Shown piece by piece: positions 1-64,000 of a stretch of 64,000 nucleotides of DNA. The notes beneath the pieces are model-generated. The model saw only the letters and a program-made list of their open reading frames with translations, was not told the origin of the DNA and ran no database searches. This stretch comes from Eledone cirrhosa. Its lineage: Eukaryota. Position numbers and translations under genes: made by a program. Numbering within the stretch: the stretch's first letter is position 1; each line of letters begins with the position of its first letter. Location: positions 312,666,001 through 312,730,000 of the forward strand of contig OZ024743.1 in NCBI GenBank assembly GCA_964016885.1, read 5' to 3'.

Positions 1-384
1 ACAGAGTGCAATTGGTACATTTTATCACTGTACCAACACTACCACTTTACAGAGAGCAATTGGTACATTTTATCACTGTACCAACACTACCACTTTACAG
101 AGAGCAATTGGTACATTTTATCACTGTACCAACACTACCACTTTACAGAGAGCAATTGGTACATTTTATCACTGTACCAACACTACCACTTTACAGAGAG
201 CAATTGGTACATTTTATCACTGTACCAACACTACCACTTTACAGAGAGCAATTGGTACATTTTATCACTGTACCAACACTACCACTTTACAGAGAGCAAT
301 TGGTACATTTTATCACTGTACCAACACTACCACTTTACAGAGAGCAATTGGTACATTTTATCACTGTACCAACACTACCACTTT
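1..384. repeat. 48-bp minisatellite, 8 near-identical copies (runs off the window start)
   Basis: Unit acagagagcaattggtacattttatcactgtaccaacactaccacttt x8, one substitution in the first copy; explains ORF 6..398. Confidence 0.97.
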
Positions 385-440
385 ATAGACTGTACTGAAT
401 GTATATACACAAAAATCAACAAGAAACAAACCAGACTTAC

Positions 441-50449
<50,009 letters not shown>

Positions 50450-50669
50450 CTAACAAAACAAATAACGGTAGGTACATCGTGTTATGGAATTAGAAACTCA
50501 TAAAGCATATTTATTCAGATAAAAACAAAGCAAAACAACAAAGAACATGGTAAATATTACTTTCAGTTATATAAGTTGATGTTATATTGAGCTCCCTCTG
50601 AAAATATTAAATCTGTGTAACATATTTTTCAGTAACATCAGCTGTAATAGGAGCAATGGAAATGCTATA

Positions 50670-50997
50670 CAGGTACCGAACCATTTATCTGGCAAGCTGA
50701 AGACCAGAGGTGGTCTGGATTTACTGGATACAGGCTAGCTATATACTTAAAATGTAAAATAAACAATGAAAAGCAGAGAACGAAATTGTATTTAAACAGA
50801 TACAAATTAATGCACTTCTAAATCAGGTGGTGGCGTGTGAGTGCAACACATAGGCCATGAAAAAAAAATACAAAACAAAGCTGTTCTTGTGCAGCTATTT
50901 GGCAATAGTTCCAAATTCATAACTAGACAGTTTTAAAAATAGCTGGTTTTCTGAATTTTCAATATTTCCAGAAGCCGGATGAATAGTTCAGTACCTG
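50670..50997. mobile_element. pogo/Tigger-like MITE
   Basis: TA|caggtaccgaaccatttatctggc ... gccggatgaatagttcagtacctg|TA. Confidence 0.8.
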
Positions 50998-53308
50998 TAT
51001 AAATAATACACAGAAAAACACATAGCTCTTCAGATGGTGCCATATCTGTTCAGCCTTCTTAAATATTTGGTTACTCATACAAGAAAAGAACTCAATCAAC
51101 AACAAAAAAAAACTCTATAATAGATCAAGGGGGTTACCAATATGACCAACACATCTGAATACAAGAGGTTTCACACAAGGTTGTCTAGCGAGCAGTTTTA
51201 TCTAAAGTGGGATTCAAACTAAACAGATTTTTCTAGAACAGGGGAATGTGGTTGATTCATCTAACTACATGACATTTACATGACATAACAGATAGCTGAG
51301 TAAAAAAAAAAAAAAAAAAAAAAAGAATAGAAAAGTTGACATATATAACCACACATGAGCAAAGATGTACAGATGTAGCAGAGACATAGCCCTTGCCAGT
51401 ACCACTGATTGGAGCAGCCATGCCAACAACAATGATTTTACAGAGAAGCAATTCTTTTAGCAACTCATGCTTAACCCTTTAAACACCATCTCACCCAAAA
51501 CCCCACTCTATTAATCCTTACCGACCTGCCTGAAACTGCTCCTGGTTTTATAATACAAAACTACTTGTTTTAACTCTTTTGATACTAAATTGCCTAGAAA
51601 CTACAATACAAAACTTTGTTTTAAAGTGTTTATATTTATCTAATAAAAAAAAACCCTTAATTTCATGTAAGAACCTTTGTTATTGTTTTCCAAACATCAG
51701 CTTAATAACGTGAAGGTTTTTTTTTATACGACTTAATCCCTCCAATTTTTTTTTATTATTGCATTAGAAACATAGTAACAAAAGGGTTAAAGTATTTATA
51801 TATAGAATCAAAACCTTCCATCATAATTTTATGTAAAATCTTTTAGTAATGCTCTCAACATTAGCTTAATAATGGTATTATTAAATCCCTCCAAATTCTT
51901 CATTATTTTCAAACCTAATCGAAACATTGACTGTGTATTTTATTAGAAATATGGTAATAAAATGGTGAAAATGTACAAATCTAAATTCAAATCGTGGATT
52001 GCAAATTTGTTATTACATGACAGATAACATTAGATTCCAGTGGTTAAATATTTTAATTTATTTTTAATTTGAAAAATAGTTATCTACTAAACCTCTCATA
52101 ATTCTTCATTATTTTGACAATTAAAACACAAAGATAGTATATTCTTTTCCGAAATTTGATCACAAAATGCTTAAGTTACAATAAAAATTATTTTCTGATA
52201 ATAACTGTTGCATTAAAACAATTGCTATCTTTAGAATCTCCTAGATTTTAGTTTTCCAACTAGAAAGTAAGTATAGATTTCATTTTTAAAACAGAAAACT
52301 CGTAAGATTCTGTAATGATTTAGCAGAAAATACAGATTTGTTAATTCAAATGTTTATAATATCTTTATAATTGGACAGATTGTTGTGAAAATTTGCAGTA
52401 TTAGAATAAAGACTTTAGTTTTTAATGTGATGCAGTCATAGTCTGTTTTATACTTTTCAAGAATGTCTTGCTAATGTGGTTTCATGTGGTACAGGACATT
52501 AAGTGGTACTTGAAATTAAATGAGAGTAGTATGTTTTATACACTGATAAGTCTATTGAAAGAGAGACAGAATGGAAGAACGAGAACTCAAGATATTCTTT
52601 CAGATTTGTTTATCATTTCACACCAATAATATACTACTTTATGAAAGAAGAAATTATCAATGAAAACTGTGGATTTTTAAAAATAAAGTAATACTGTTTT
52701 AACCTTTTAGGCTAACCACCTTTTAGGAGGAGAAATGGCCTTAAAGTGCTTGTTTGTTTTTTCTTACACACTAAGCATTAATAAGATCTTTTATTCATTT
52801 AATTTTAATCATTATCCTCATCATCGCCTATTTTTCCTCGCTTGCACGAGTTAGATGGGTTATCACATGAGACAAGTCAAGTCTGGAGACCATGTCTTGC
52901 TCATACAGATCTGTATTTTGGCTAGGTTTCTATGGCTGAATGCCCTTCCTAATACCAACCATGTTGCAGTGTGGACTGGGTGTTTTTTTTATCATGGCAC
53001 CAAAATAAACTCTTTACAGAGTGGACGAGGTGCTTTTTGTCATGTCCCGAGCATAATGTATAAATGTTTGTAAATATAAATTATAAAAATACACACAATG
53101 TACACACACAAAGAAGTGTACATAACATGCAAAAATTAAACAGTAGTAGTATAGTTAATATGAAGCATTGTGAGATATGTTGTAATGTACTGGGTAAAAC
53201 ATTAGTTTGTTTAATTTTATATTTGTCATCCTTTGTATTTTTCTACTGCATTGTACCAGCTTTTTGAAACTTATCAGTTTTAACCAATAATGTTTTGTAT
53301 ATCATAAT

Positions 53309-53496
53309 TGTTTCTACTTTTGGCATAAGGCCAGCAATTACCCAGTACATTAATGGTACTTTATTTTATCGACCCTGTAAGGATGAAAGGCAAAGTTAAA
53401 CTTGGCGGGATTTGAACTCAGATCGTAAAGGGACGGAACTCTTTGCATCAAAGCATGCCGTCTGACCCTCTACTGATACTGCCAATCCACCGCCCT
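53309..53496 (-). mobile_element. SINE family A young copy with 18-bp TSD
   Basis: TSD tgttttgtatatcataat at 53291-53308 and 53497-53514; another copy at 53855-54058. Confidence 0.88.
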
Positions 53497-54803
53497 TGTT
53501 TTGTATATCATAATATATTACAATACCAGTCATCTATATATGAACAAAAAAAAAAGGAAAGGGATAAACATAAAGATTAACCCTTTTGATAATAAACTGC
53601 TTGAAAACTGCTCCTGGTTCAATTATACAAAACTATTTATTTTACAGTATTTATATTTATCTAAAAACTTTTCATCATAATTTTATAAAAGAACACCTTT
53701 CTTAAGTTATGTTCCAAACACCAATTTAACAATGAGAATGACAGTGGTATTACTAAATCACTCCAAATTTCAGATGAATTTTTTCAAAATGATTTGAAAA
53801 CCATATACCAAGAATACTGGCGAGTGAAAATTAACTGAAGCAATAAAAATTAATAATTGTTTCTACTATAGGCACAAGGCCAGCAATTTTGTGGGAGGGG
53901 AAAGTCAATTAAATTAACCCCCAGTGCATGTCCAGTACTTTATTTTATCGACCCTGTAAGGATGAAAGGCCAAGTTAACCTCAGAATGTAAAGAGCCATA
54001 ACACTATATTGCAAAGCATATTGTCCGATGCTCTACCGATACTGCCAATTCACCACCCTTAAATATATAATATGGCCAGTATGGGGCTCAGACCCATAGC
54101 ATTTGTCTAACCAGCTAAGTTAAGCGGTCAGATGCAGATGGTAAAAATGACAGTTATTTTGAGAATAGTCAGAGATGGAGCGTCAAAACTAGTAAAAGAG
54201 TAAAATTATAGAGATTTTTCTGGGAGAATCTTATTGTGTCACAGGCACTACAACTTTTACAGGGTGAGCTGGGTGCTTTTCCCTGTGGCACTAGCAATAT
54301 CTTGGGAGACATTGGTAGGCATTGGAGTTGGGGTACAGACATTGCACATCTGAGGGGGGGGGGGTCATCATGGTAATGGTCTTGAAGTGGATGGTGTGTG
54401 ACATTGTGAGAGTGTGCCCGGGATCCCTTAATGGCCTAGAAGGGATGTTTATATACTGCTTGGAGCAAGTGCAGGGGTGATGTCCATCATTTTGGCGAGT
54501 GCTATGCTGCCCTAAGTTGAAGAAGCATTGGAGGTGCAAGGGTTCAGCAGGGGTGGTGAACCAGTCAAGGTTCATTCTAACTTTCCATGCAAGCATGAGT
54601 TGGGCCAGGCAAGGACCTGAGAGTTGTTTCATCTATTATTATAGGGAGTGTTTATTTACATAGGGTTATCTCTATTTCCAGATGTTATATTTGGATATTT
54701 TTTTCATATTAATATTATCATCATCATTATCAGTGTTGTTAAGTAATGGTTAAAGAAAATAAAGCTAGATCTTCATCATTGTGAAATTATTCATGTAACC
54801 TAT

Positions 54804-55177
54804 TACTCTCAGTTCCCAAATAATAGGTAGGGAGTTGGAATAAGTGAGGGAGTGGGGTTGGAAAATTGGTAATTTTTTTAGGTTGTCGCCGTTGATTTTT
54901 TTCTTAAAACCAGAATTAGTTGTTTAGTTTACATATTGAGACCCCAACACATCCTGTTTATTTTATAATGTATGGAATTTTTACTAATGTTCTTTTTTTG
55001 TCATGTATAATGTTTTTTAATATATAAAGAAAATTAATTGTCGCAGGAAGGCTATCACTTAAAATAAAATTTTGCCAAAGATAGATTAGCAAAATTCAAT
55101 AAGCAGTGTGTTGGAAAAATTCTGAAAAATTAATAAGCAGGGATGGGGTGGGGGCGATTATTTGAGACCCAAGAGTA
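54804..55177. mobile_element. TA-flanked MITE (Tc1/mariner superfamily-like)
   Basis: tactctcagttcccaaataat ... attatttgagacccaagagta inverted termini. Confidence 0.6.
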
Positions 55178-58100
55178 CAATCAAAGACCAAATTCCTAAA
55201 GATGAAGAAATTCTCTCTAGGAATTTCCAAACACACTAAAAAACTATTTTCACAAAATAATAGCTAAATTGATTTAACCAAAACTACTGCCAGTTATTGC
55301 ATATATAAACATTTTGAAACAAAAAAAAATAAAACAAATAATCAAATAAAATACTAAAAACAAATGTAATAAATATTGAGGCTGCATAGAGTGGAGAGAT
55401 CTGTTTAATCTTGCAGTGAACAAAGGAACCTCTCTAGTGTTGGTGCCATTATTAAAATGCTTCCAGTGCATTCTGTAAAGTGGTTCAAAATAAAATTGAA
55501 GCAACATAGAGTGACGAGGTTTGTTTAGCCTCACAGTGGACAAAAAAATCTCTTTAGTGTTGGTGCCACAATAAAATGTACCCAGTACACTCTATAAAGT
55601 AGTTGGGAATCAAATGGAGACAATATAAGGTAGAAAGAACTCTTAGTTATGTCAAGAACTTGATAATCTCTCTAATGTTAGTGCCATACCAAAATGCACC
55701 TTGTACACTCTGTACACTGAGTATCAAATTGAGACAATTTAAACTAGAGGGGCCTCTTAAGTCATATTTAGTCATTGACAACCTCTCCAGGATATTGGAC
55801 ATTGTTAACAGCTGTGCTTTTATTAACTTGATTTTAACATAAACAGAAAGACAGTTGTTTGTTCAACGTATCTTAAAAGTTCTAATTTGTTTATATATGC
55901 CGTACTGGCTAAAATCTCTAGGTTTATTCTATAGTATACAAGTAGAGAAAAGTGAACATAAAAATAATTATATATATCATAACCATGATTATTTTACATC
56001 AGTTGTTCTCTGCTGGCATGGGCTGGACATGAATGTGTGCACGCACGCACATGTATGTATACTCACATATACACACAAATATACATATACATATATATAT
56101 ATATTTATACATATATAATAAAGGACTTCAACAATAAGTGTTCCCATTATAACAAACAAACACACATACACATATATGTATATATATACATTCATGTACA
56201 CAACAGGCTTCTACATAGTTTCTATCTTCCAAGTTTCACTCACAGGGTATAGGTCAACATGAGGCTATTGTAGCAGACACTTGGCAAAGGTGCCAGACAA
56301 TGGTACTGAACACAAAACCACATGGAAACAAAGTCAATTCCTTAACCATACAGTTTTGTCTATGCCTATTAAAAGAAATATGGAAAACTCCATAAATTTG
56401 TATGTTATACATGTATAGGGGCTATGCTTGTCTTCTTTGTATTATTCTAATTTTAGAATATGTATTGCCAAATATTATCATCATCATTAATCTTTTAAAA
56501 TATCAACATTTTAAAATTTGTTGCTAAATTTTAACAAAGATTCTAAATTTATAAAATCTGTATTTTTATTTTTACATTTATTTAATTTATTTTTAATAAT
56601 AAATAAAATTGAACATTTCCAGTAAAAACATAAATAATTTGTAAATTCATTTATACTTTTCCTTTAGTAATTCTAAACACAAATTACAGAACTAGACAGG
56701 AACTTCGAAAGTGGTATAAATGCTTTATGTATACAGTAAACATATAGATATTGAGATGAATTCTATGACATTTAAGTATCTTATCCCCCACAACTGTTAA
56801 TATTCTAAATTTCGTGCTGGTTGTATTGTAATAGGCTTTTGATTTGAGTTTTGGTATTACCTGGGTTTGCTTTAATCAAGTTTAGATTTGAAATTATTTT
56901 TATAGTTAACATGTGGGCTTATTCTATGGTATGTGAAGGTGGCAGGTGGTTTCATACTGTTAAGTGTAAGTATATATTTGGTTTTAATTGGTCAATTATT
57001 TGCTGGGCCTGTAGCTTCATTTCATCAGTTTGTTGATATTTAACAGTTCATAAAGTGGATTAGGTTAACTGTGATTCCATGGTTTAGTTTTAGGTTTAAG
57101 TTCTGGTTTTTGTTATTGAGCTTGAGGTTTATTTCAGTGGGTGTCTATATGTTGGATCAGGTTTGTTGGGGTTACAAGTTCAAAGAATATTTTTGGTGGT
57201 TATACTAATAGTGGTCGGTGATTGGTTAATTACACAATGGGGTGTAGTCACTGCAGGTTATTATAGAAACTAGGTAATACGATTGCAACCTGATGACAGC
57301 TGTCACCACCATACCAGTCACTGATGCAGGTTGTTTTGCTGGGAGGATCGGAATATTATTTTGAAGGATGTGTGTATTCCCTTATGTAGTATAGGGAGTG
57401 GAGCCAAATGTAGATTTGTGAATTTGAAGTGGATGTATTTACCTTCAAGTTGAAGCAATGGATGGTCTTCGTTACTTATATATTTTACATACTGTACAGC
57501 GAATATAAACATTTTGAATTATTTTGTATATATACACATACAGTTAATAACGCTAATCATATGAATGTGAAAAACTTAATGTTGAGATAATTCAATTTAT
57601 GATATTTTTGCTTATTCATAAGTAAGAAAATCTCAGGAGAGCTGAACAGCAAAAATTCTTCAGAAAAGAAATTGCTACCTCCAGCAAATGTTTTGGCCAT
57701 TAAATGATATTCAGTCCAGTGCTAATGAATTCATTCTGCCAATACATGTCTCAACCTTTGCTTAATGTAATGTTTTTTACCCTAGGATTATAGTAAGTAT
57801 ATCTTGGCCTGACCACATCATGAAGATATCAGGGAAAGGGCTGGATTAACCTACAAGGATACTATCACTGTAATATGGTGAGAGATGTCTGGTCACATGC
57901 GATGCATACCTGCAAAGAGACTAAAGAGTGCCTCACATGAGTTAAAGCCAGAGGCTGGGGTGGGGCAGGCCTGTGAAAACTTTTGAGGACTGTGTAGAAG
58001 AATCTGGTAGACATGAGTCTGTCCTGGCAGCAGGCTCATGACAGGGTATGTGACCATGGGGATGGAGAGATCTCTCTCCACCCAATGAAACATATGGAGC

Positions 58101-59339
58101 AATGTTTTTCTTTTTTTTCATTAATTTTCAGAATAGGAATAGATAATATTTATCTATGTGAAAAATTTAAAGTTTATTTATATAACTATTATCAAAGAAT
58201 TCATCTCAAACTAGTACTCTCTATATATTTATATATAGAGACACAAATTTAACATATTGTCTAAGTACATAACATAACATTGAAACAGGAGAGTACAGTG
58301 ACAATAGGAAAAAACAGTATGCTCTGCTTATATAGGTAGGAGGAGACCCACTTTCAAATTTTAACCAGAACAACAAATAGACAAATACTTGAAGCACTGG
58401 ACATTAAAATAACAAAACAGATACTACCTATTATAATTTATGTGGAGAAATTATTTGATTTTAGGGAGAGATCCTTAAAAACGTTCTTTAAAAAAAAAAA
58501 CATGTTTTCACATGAAAGGAGAAAAACCAAAATGAAAAGAATATAATAGGGATTGATAGTGGAAATAAGTAAACCTTGATGAAATGCTTTGCTATTTAAA
58601 ATAGGCTGAAAGCAAAATATTAGTAAATACTTTTGCTAATGAGTATAAAATAAAATATAAAAAATATAAAAAGGGCCAGTTGTAAGTATTTCTCTTTTCC
58701 TTTTTATGTGTTATTTTATTCCTTTTATTAATGAGGCTAAATATATTTCTAATGATTCAGTCATTGGATATACTCATGTAAAAGTTAATCCCTCAGATAA
58801 AAGTTGATCCATCGTGTATGAGTTGATCCTAATTTTTCATGGGCAAAAGAAATCAACATTTTTTAATCAATTTAGGCACTAAGCCATAAATTTGGTTAGT
58901 TGATTAAATCGAGCCGAGTAGTATTTGACTGGTACTTTATTTTATCCAACCAGGAAGGATGAAAGTCAAAGCTGGTCTCAGCAGGCTTTGACTGCAGAAT
59001 GTAAAAGAGGTTGGAACAAATTCCATCATGAAGTATTATATCCAATGCTTTAACCTTTCAGACAAATCACACCCATTACTTTTATTATTGTTAAAAATAA
59101 TCAAAATAATGTAATTTTTATAGTCTATTATCAGAATTTAATCATTTGCTAAAAGTTAATTATTTTTATAAAGGTATTTAAGAAACAACTAGACTATTTT
59201 TCTAACTTCATTATTTTTATTTGAGTCATAGAAATCTAAATCATGTTGGCAAAACTTCATCCATGAAATATAGAATTTTGATAAATGCAACTATTTCATG
59301 GATTAAAAAAATCATTTTAATACAAGAAGTTTCACCAAT

Positions 59340-59623
59340 ACAGTTGCAAATGTTCCCACCCAACATTCAACTTTCTGAATGTTATACATATTTCTAAGTC
59401 CTGGGTTTTGTTTATGTATTTGTCTGTGTTATTTTAATCATTCCCAAAGCACCTATTATTATAGGAGTTGTTTCTATTTCCACCCACATTCAGGTTATCT
59501 CTGTTATCTCTATTTCCAGATCTTTATATTTGGACGATTTCTCCATTTCTTTGAGATATATTGTCATCTACAGCAACTGTGGGACTGATACACCAATTAG
59601 AAGGCATTTCTTTTCTTGGTGTC
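59340..59623 (-). mobile_element. Decayed R4/Dong LINE endonuclease fragment abutting (TAA)n
   Basis: Minus-strand remnants LIGVSVP..DNI..KEMEKSSKYKDLEIEIT; TAA repeat at 59624-59665; smaller relic near 54655-54720. Confidence 0.7.
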
Positions 59624-62600
59624 TATTATTATTATTATTATTATATTTTATTATTATTATTATATTTTACTCAGATTTATATTGTGAAAGTGCCACAAAC
59701 CTGTACAGGAATTTTATATCAATGTGAAACACCTTTGAAAAGTGACAAACTACTAGAAATTACTTTATTCAGCACTATCTATTTTGCCACCTACCTCACT
59801 TTTAAGAATGGTCACTAATAAAGTAGATCAATAATTTAGAAGGAGTGGAAAGTTGACTTGACTGGTACTTTGTTTTATCAACCACAGAGGATGAAAAGCA
59901 AAGTTAACCTTAATAAGATAACTAAGAACCTTTTCTTAACATATGTTCTATATACACACATTTAATAACAATAGAGTTAGTTATATTACTAAATTCCTAC
60001 AAAATTTTGATAAACTTTTTAAATGATTTCCAAATCATAGGCAGAATTTTTCATTAGATATCTGATTAGTAGAGTGCCAAGGTATTTAATATCTAATTGT
60101 GAGTTGTTATCCTTATAATATTAAATATTTCAACACTAAGTAAATTTCACAAATATTTTCAATCATCATGATATTAAAAAAAACATTATTTGAATGGAGA
60201 TAATAATACAGGTTGGAACATCTCTACTGAAATAATATAGTAGTTGGCTGCTCTGGGTTTTGTTACCGTACTTAATAGAAATCATATAGTGACCACACTG
60301 CTGCTTCAAGTATGTATGTCGACTGTGTCCTTTATAGATATGGTTATAATTTGACTTGACGGGAGAGAAATAGTATTAGTATAAAGTAAAATAAAAATGT
60401 TTTGTTGGAGGCATTCTTCAAAGTCAACTTGGGCTTTCTAAGAAAAAGAAAGATGACCATGAGGAAAGTACAGCAATAAACTGCAGCAGAAAGAAGGACA
60501 CAAATGGATCAACAAATTTGATGTGGAACAAATGATGAACAACTGATCAGCTGACATTTTTAAAAACGTTTCTTTTTGTTTCAACACAGATGGTCCATGG
60601 CAGGAGGCAGCATTTTATAATTTCAATTTTTTTTTTTTTTTTAATGTGGCAAATATGGATTTCACAGCTGTAAATATATGGGTCAGCAATTCAATTGAGA
60701 GTGATTGCTTCCTTGACTACCACTTCCCTATAGTATGGTGCCAGAGCTTTGCCAATATTAACACTTTGAGACCACCTCACAGATGATGATAAGATAGTAG
60801 GCTAGAAACAAAACATTTTCATTTGAAATCTTAAAATTGGGACAATTTTTTTTTCCTCAAATATTGAAATTCAAATTATTTAATTCAATATTACTGAATC
60901 TTTTATAGAAATAAAGAATCTTGTAAATAACACCACCACTCCATAACATCTGATATCTTAAAATCAGAATGATCTTTTTTTCCTTTTACTTTCAAATACT
61001 CAAATATAGAAATTATTTGAATTATTTAAAGATATAAGATTTTTCTTTTAGAAAAAAGAAAAAAGGAATTTTGTAAATAATACCATCACTTCAACAAAAT
61101 AATTTTAAAAAATTATAAAATTATTTTAAATCTGAATTTAGTTTCAAAGAAAGCCATATAATTATATTTTCTCAAATTTCAAGCCAAGATTGTATATAGA
61201 AAATGGGCTCAAAGTGTTAACACCATGCATGTTATCAACTGAAGATAAATGAATAACAATAAAAAAAAAAAGAGAGAATTAAAAAAATGGTCAATAAACA
61301 CAAATATAATTTACAGCTTTAGATATCAACTGAAGCAGCACTATTTCTGCATTTGATGTAAAATAGCAACAGCAATTTGATTTAGTTTTATTACAAATGA
61401 AGGCTACTGAAACAATACCAAGAAAACTAAGTTTAGGAGCAAATTTTGAATCTAAATTGGGTTTACTAAAACTTTTTGAAATTTAATAAAGGGCCAAAGT
61501 TTAAGTAGAGAAGAATAAATAGGGCTGTATTTGTGACTTTTAAATTGTTTCCTTTGACTAGATTTGAAAGAAATAGTTTAAAAGACAGAGAGACAGGGTG
61601 ACAAACAAGCAGAGAGACAGAACAAAAAACAACATCCCACCTATAGAGGCAAGCATACAACATATGCATTCTTTAAAAAATGTATACATATATGTGTACA
61701 TGATTATTCACGCACACACACACATATGATGATGATATCTATGATGATGATATATATATATATACACACACATACATACACACATATGCCTACACTCATT
61801 TGATTATATGCACACACACACAAAATATACACTTTATCTATGAAAAGTATTTATGACAACACCAACAATAACAACAATACTAATGATTCAAATTAAAAGA
61901 AAACATAAACATAAGGAAGGGGCCGTGAAAACAATTAAAATAAATAAATAATGAGCTTCAATGAAAGATTTACCCTCTTATTAACCTACTAAATTTACTT
62001 AATTATAATAATTTAACAATTATGATGATGATGATGTTTTCTTGGTTAAGGAAAAGGTAATTGTTTTGAAAAAAAAGGAGTAGAATAGACCATTATGAAA
62101 CCATCTCTGATTCTTTAATATAAAACACTGTTTTAACCCCTTTTATATCAAGTTGTCTGAAACTACCCTTATTTCTATAATACAAAACTGTTTATTTTAA
62201 ATTTTATATTTAGCTAAAAATATTCCATCATAATTTTATATCATAAACATTGTTATATGTTCCAAACACCAGATTAATAATGAGAAATATATATTACTAA
62301 ATTCTTCCAAAGTTTTGTTTATTTTGAAAATATCATGCAGTGTTCTACATTAGAAATATGGTAATGAAAAGATTAAGGCAATTATATCAAAATTAAAATC
62401 TTGTCATAATTTTATGTAAGAACCTTTTGTTATGTAATGTCGCAAATGCTAGATTAAAGTTAGAGCTATCATTTTACATTGGACGAAACCTGCAACTTAT
62501 TTCAGTTTTATGGGTGTTAAGCAAGTGAAAGTACAGGACTTCCTCTTCAGCAGGACACCAGTTCATCACAGGTATAACTCCCAGGAAATTGAACAAAACC

Positions 62601-63502
62601 AATGAATGCTCAAGAACATACTGTATGACCCAGTTTAGGAATTGAACCCATGATCTTATAATTGTGAGCTCAACACCATAATCACTAGGCCATGTCCCCC
62701 AACAATGCTAGTGTAATAGAGAGAAAAGTTAGCTATTTTACGAGATCTTTGTAAATTATTGATTATTTCATATTTAATGCTATTTCTTCTGAACTCTTAA
62801 CAACCTGTAATGATTTAGCAGAACATATCTAAAGCAATTTTTGTTAATTCAAATATTTATAATGTTATTACTAGTGGCAGATGATAATGAACATTTGTAG
62901 TAAACTATAGAAAACTGAGATTTTATGTGATGCAACTAGAGTACTATTTTGTTCTTTCAAGAATATCTTGTTAATGCATTTTCATGAAGTACAGGATGTT
63001 AAGAGTTAAAGTAACAAAGCCCAAATATTAGTTATCATCCTTTAATGTCCACTTTCCCTGCTAGCAAGGGTTGGTCAGGTCTACATAGACCAAATCAGTA
63101 CTGAAGAGGGACGACTAACCTCTCAGACAGGCTGAGAGGCCTGCACTTCGCTTATGTACAGTCATACATTCTATCGAGTGCACAGGAGAAATTGTTGTGC
63201 GTTTTGGCACAAACTGAGGAGTCCTCCAAACCCTTCGTTTGGCAAGCTTTCTCTGGCTGGATGCTTTTCCTAACACCAACCACTTAAGTGTCTATTGAGT
63301 GTTTTTATTGTGTAGATCACCAGTACTAATTAATATATGCATATTGTTTTCCTATTAAACATATTGGGAAAGGTGCAATTGGAGAGGATGACAAAGAAAT
63401 AAGAAACAGAAATTATGTTACATAGAAAATATATTACAGTAATTCAGAAACAAAAATATGATAATGAAAAATAAAATAATGATAAAATAGCAATGAATGA
63501 TA

Positions 63503-63554
<52 letters not shown>
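63503..63554. repeat. (TAA)n microsatellite, target site of the adjacent R4/Dong element
   Basis: Direct inspection. Confidence 0.95.
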
Positions 63555-64000
63555 GGAATGCTAATGGCTGCGCAGGAGCAGGCCCTCAAAACGAAGTGGT
63601 TGAAGCACCATATTTACAAGGAGGAGGCTAGCCCACTGTGCAGGATCTGTGGAGAGAGAGAGGAGACTGTGGCTCACATTGTGTCCGAGTGTAAACACCT
63701 AGCCCAGACCCACTATAAGGGCTGGAGACACGATGTGATGGGCAGGGTGATCCACTGGCACCTGTGCAAAGTAAACAATTTACCACATTCTGAGAAATGG
63801 TATGAGCATAGGCCAGAGGCGGTGATGGAGAACAATCAGGTGAAGGTGCTGTGGGATTTTAGGATACAGACGGACAAAAAACTGGAACACAATAGACCTG
63901 ACCTGGTGGTTGTGGACAAAGAAAAAAGATTGTATCTGATTGTGGATGTGGCCTGCCCTTTCGACACGAGAGTGCAAGAGAAGGAGAGGGAGAAAATTAA
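63555..64000 (+). mobile_element. R4/Dong-clade non-LTR retrotransposon, 5'-truncated, open frame to the window end
   Basis: Uninterrupted frame MAAQEQALKT..CRICGEREETVAHIVSEC (CCHC knuckle)..RHD..LWDFRIQTD..HNRPDLVVVDK..IVDVACPFD..EKEREK (restriction-like endonuclease); not in ORF track because no stop is reached. Confidence 0.93.

Noticed and set aside
1-398. CRISPR-like array / 130-aa repetitive ORF
   Set aside because: Head-to-tail 48-bp repeats with no spacers and no cas genes, in a eukaryotic intron; the ORF is an artefact of a stop-free unit divisible by 3.
57283-57335. Hammerhead at caacCTGATGA...caggttg
   Set aside because: Stem I and CTGATGA are present but the GAAA core is missing; at most a decayed Penelope-like relic.
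60781-60801. 21-nt microexon candidate (tttctag|...|gtgagg)
   Set aside because: In phase 1 it would insert YYLIII and replace the Gly of the PDZ LGLKV loop; no supporting evidence.
50450-64000. Upstream RIM exon (HPVTWQ...ILG)
   Set aside because: Searched by eye and not found; presumably lies beyond the window end.

Overview
AT-rich, repeat-dense eukaryotic genomic DNA; the repeat landscape is most consistent with an octopus/coleoid cephalopod (inference). The window lies entirely inside one minus-strand gene, the RIM/unc-10 (RIMS2-like) presynaptic active-zone scaffold. I reconstructed 16 consecutive GT-AG, phase-compatible coding exons (50449 down to 441; 2376 nt, about 792 codons) covering most of the PDZ domain, C2A, the RQLPxxP RIM-BP motif and the first half of C2B. 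The 3' end lies beyond position 1, and no upstream exon was found above 50449. Introns hold tRNA-derived SINEs (several with clean TSDs), RTE and R4/Dong LINE fragments, mariner and hAT remnants, piggyBac- and pogo-like MITEs, a structurally complete non-coding LTR element with a tRNA-Trp primer site, and micro/minisatellites. Most notable: (TA)n-embedded palindromes that retain the 3' half of a hammerhead ribozyme (probably Penelope-derived), a perfect 76-bp intronic inverted repeat, and several candidate alternative/poison exons in the 18-kb intron before the C2B region. No CRISPR, rRNA or genuine tRNA genes were found.
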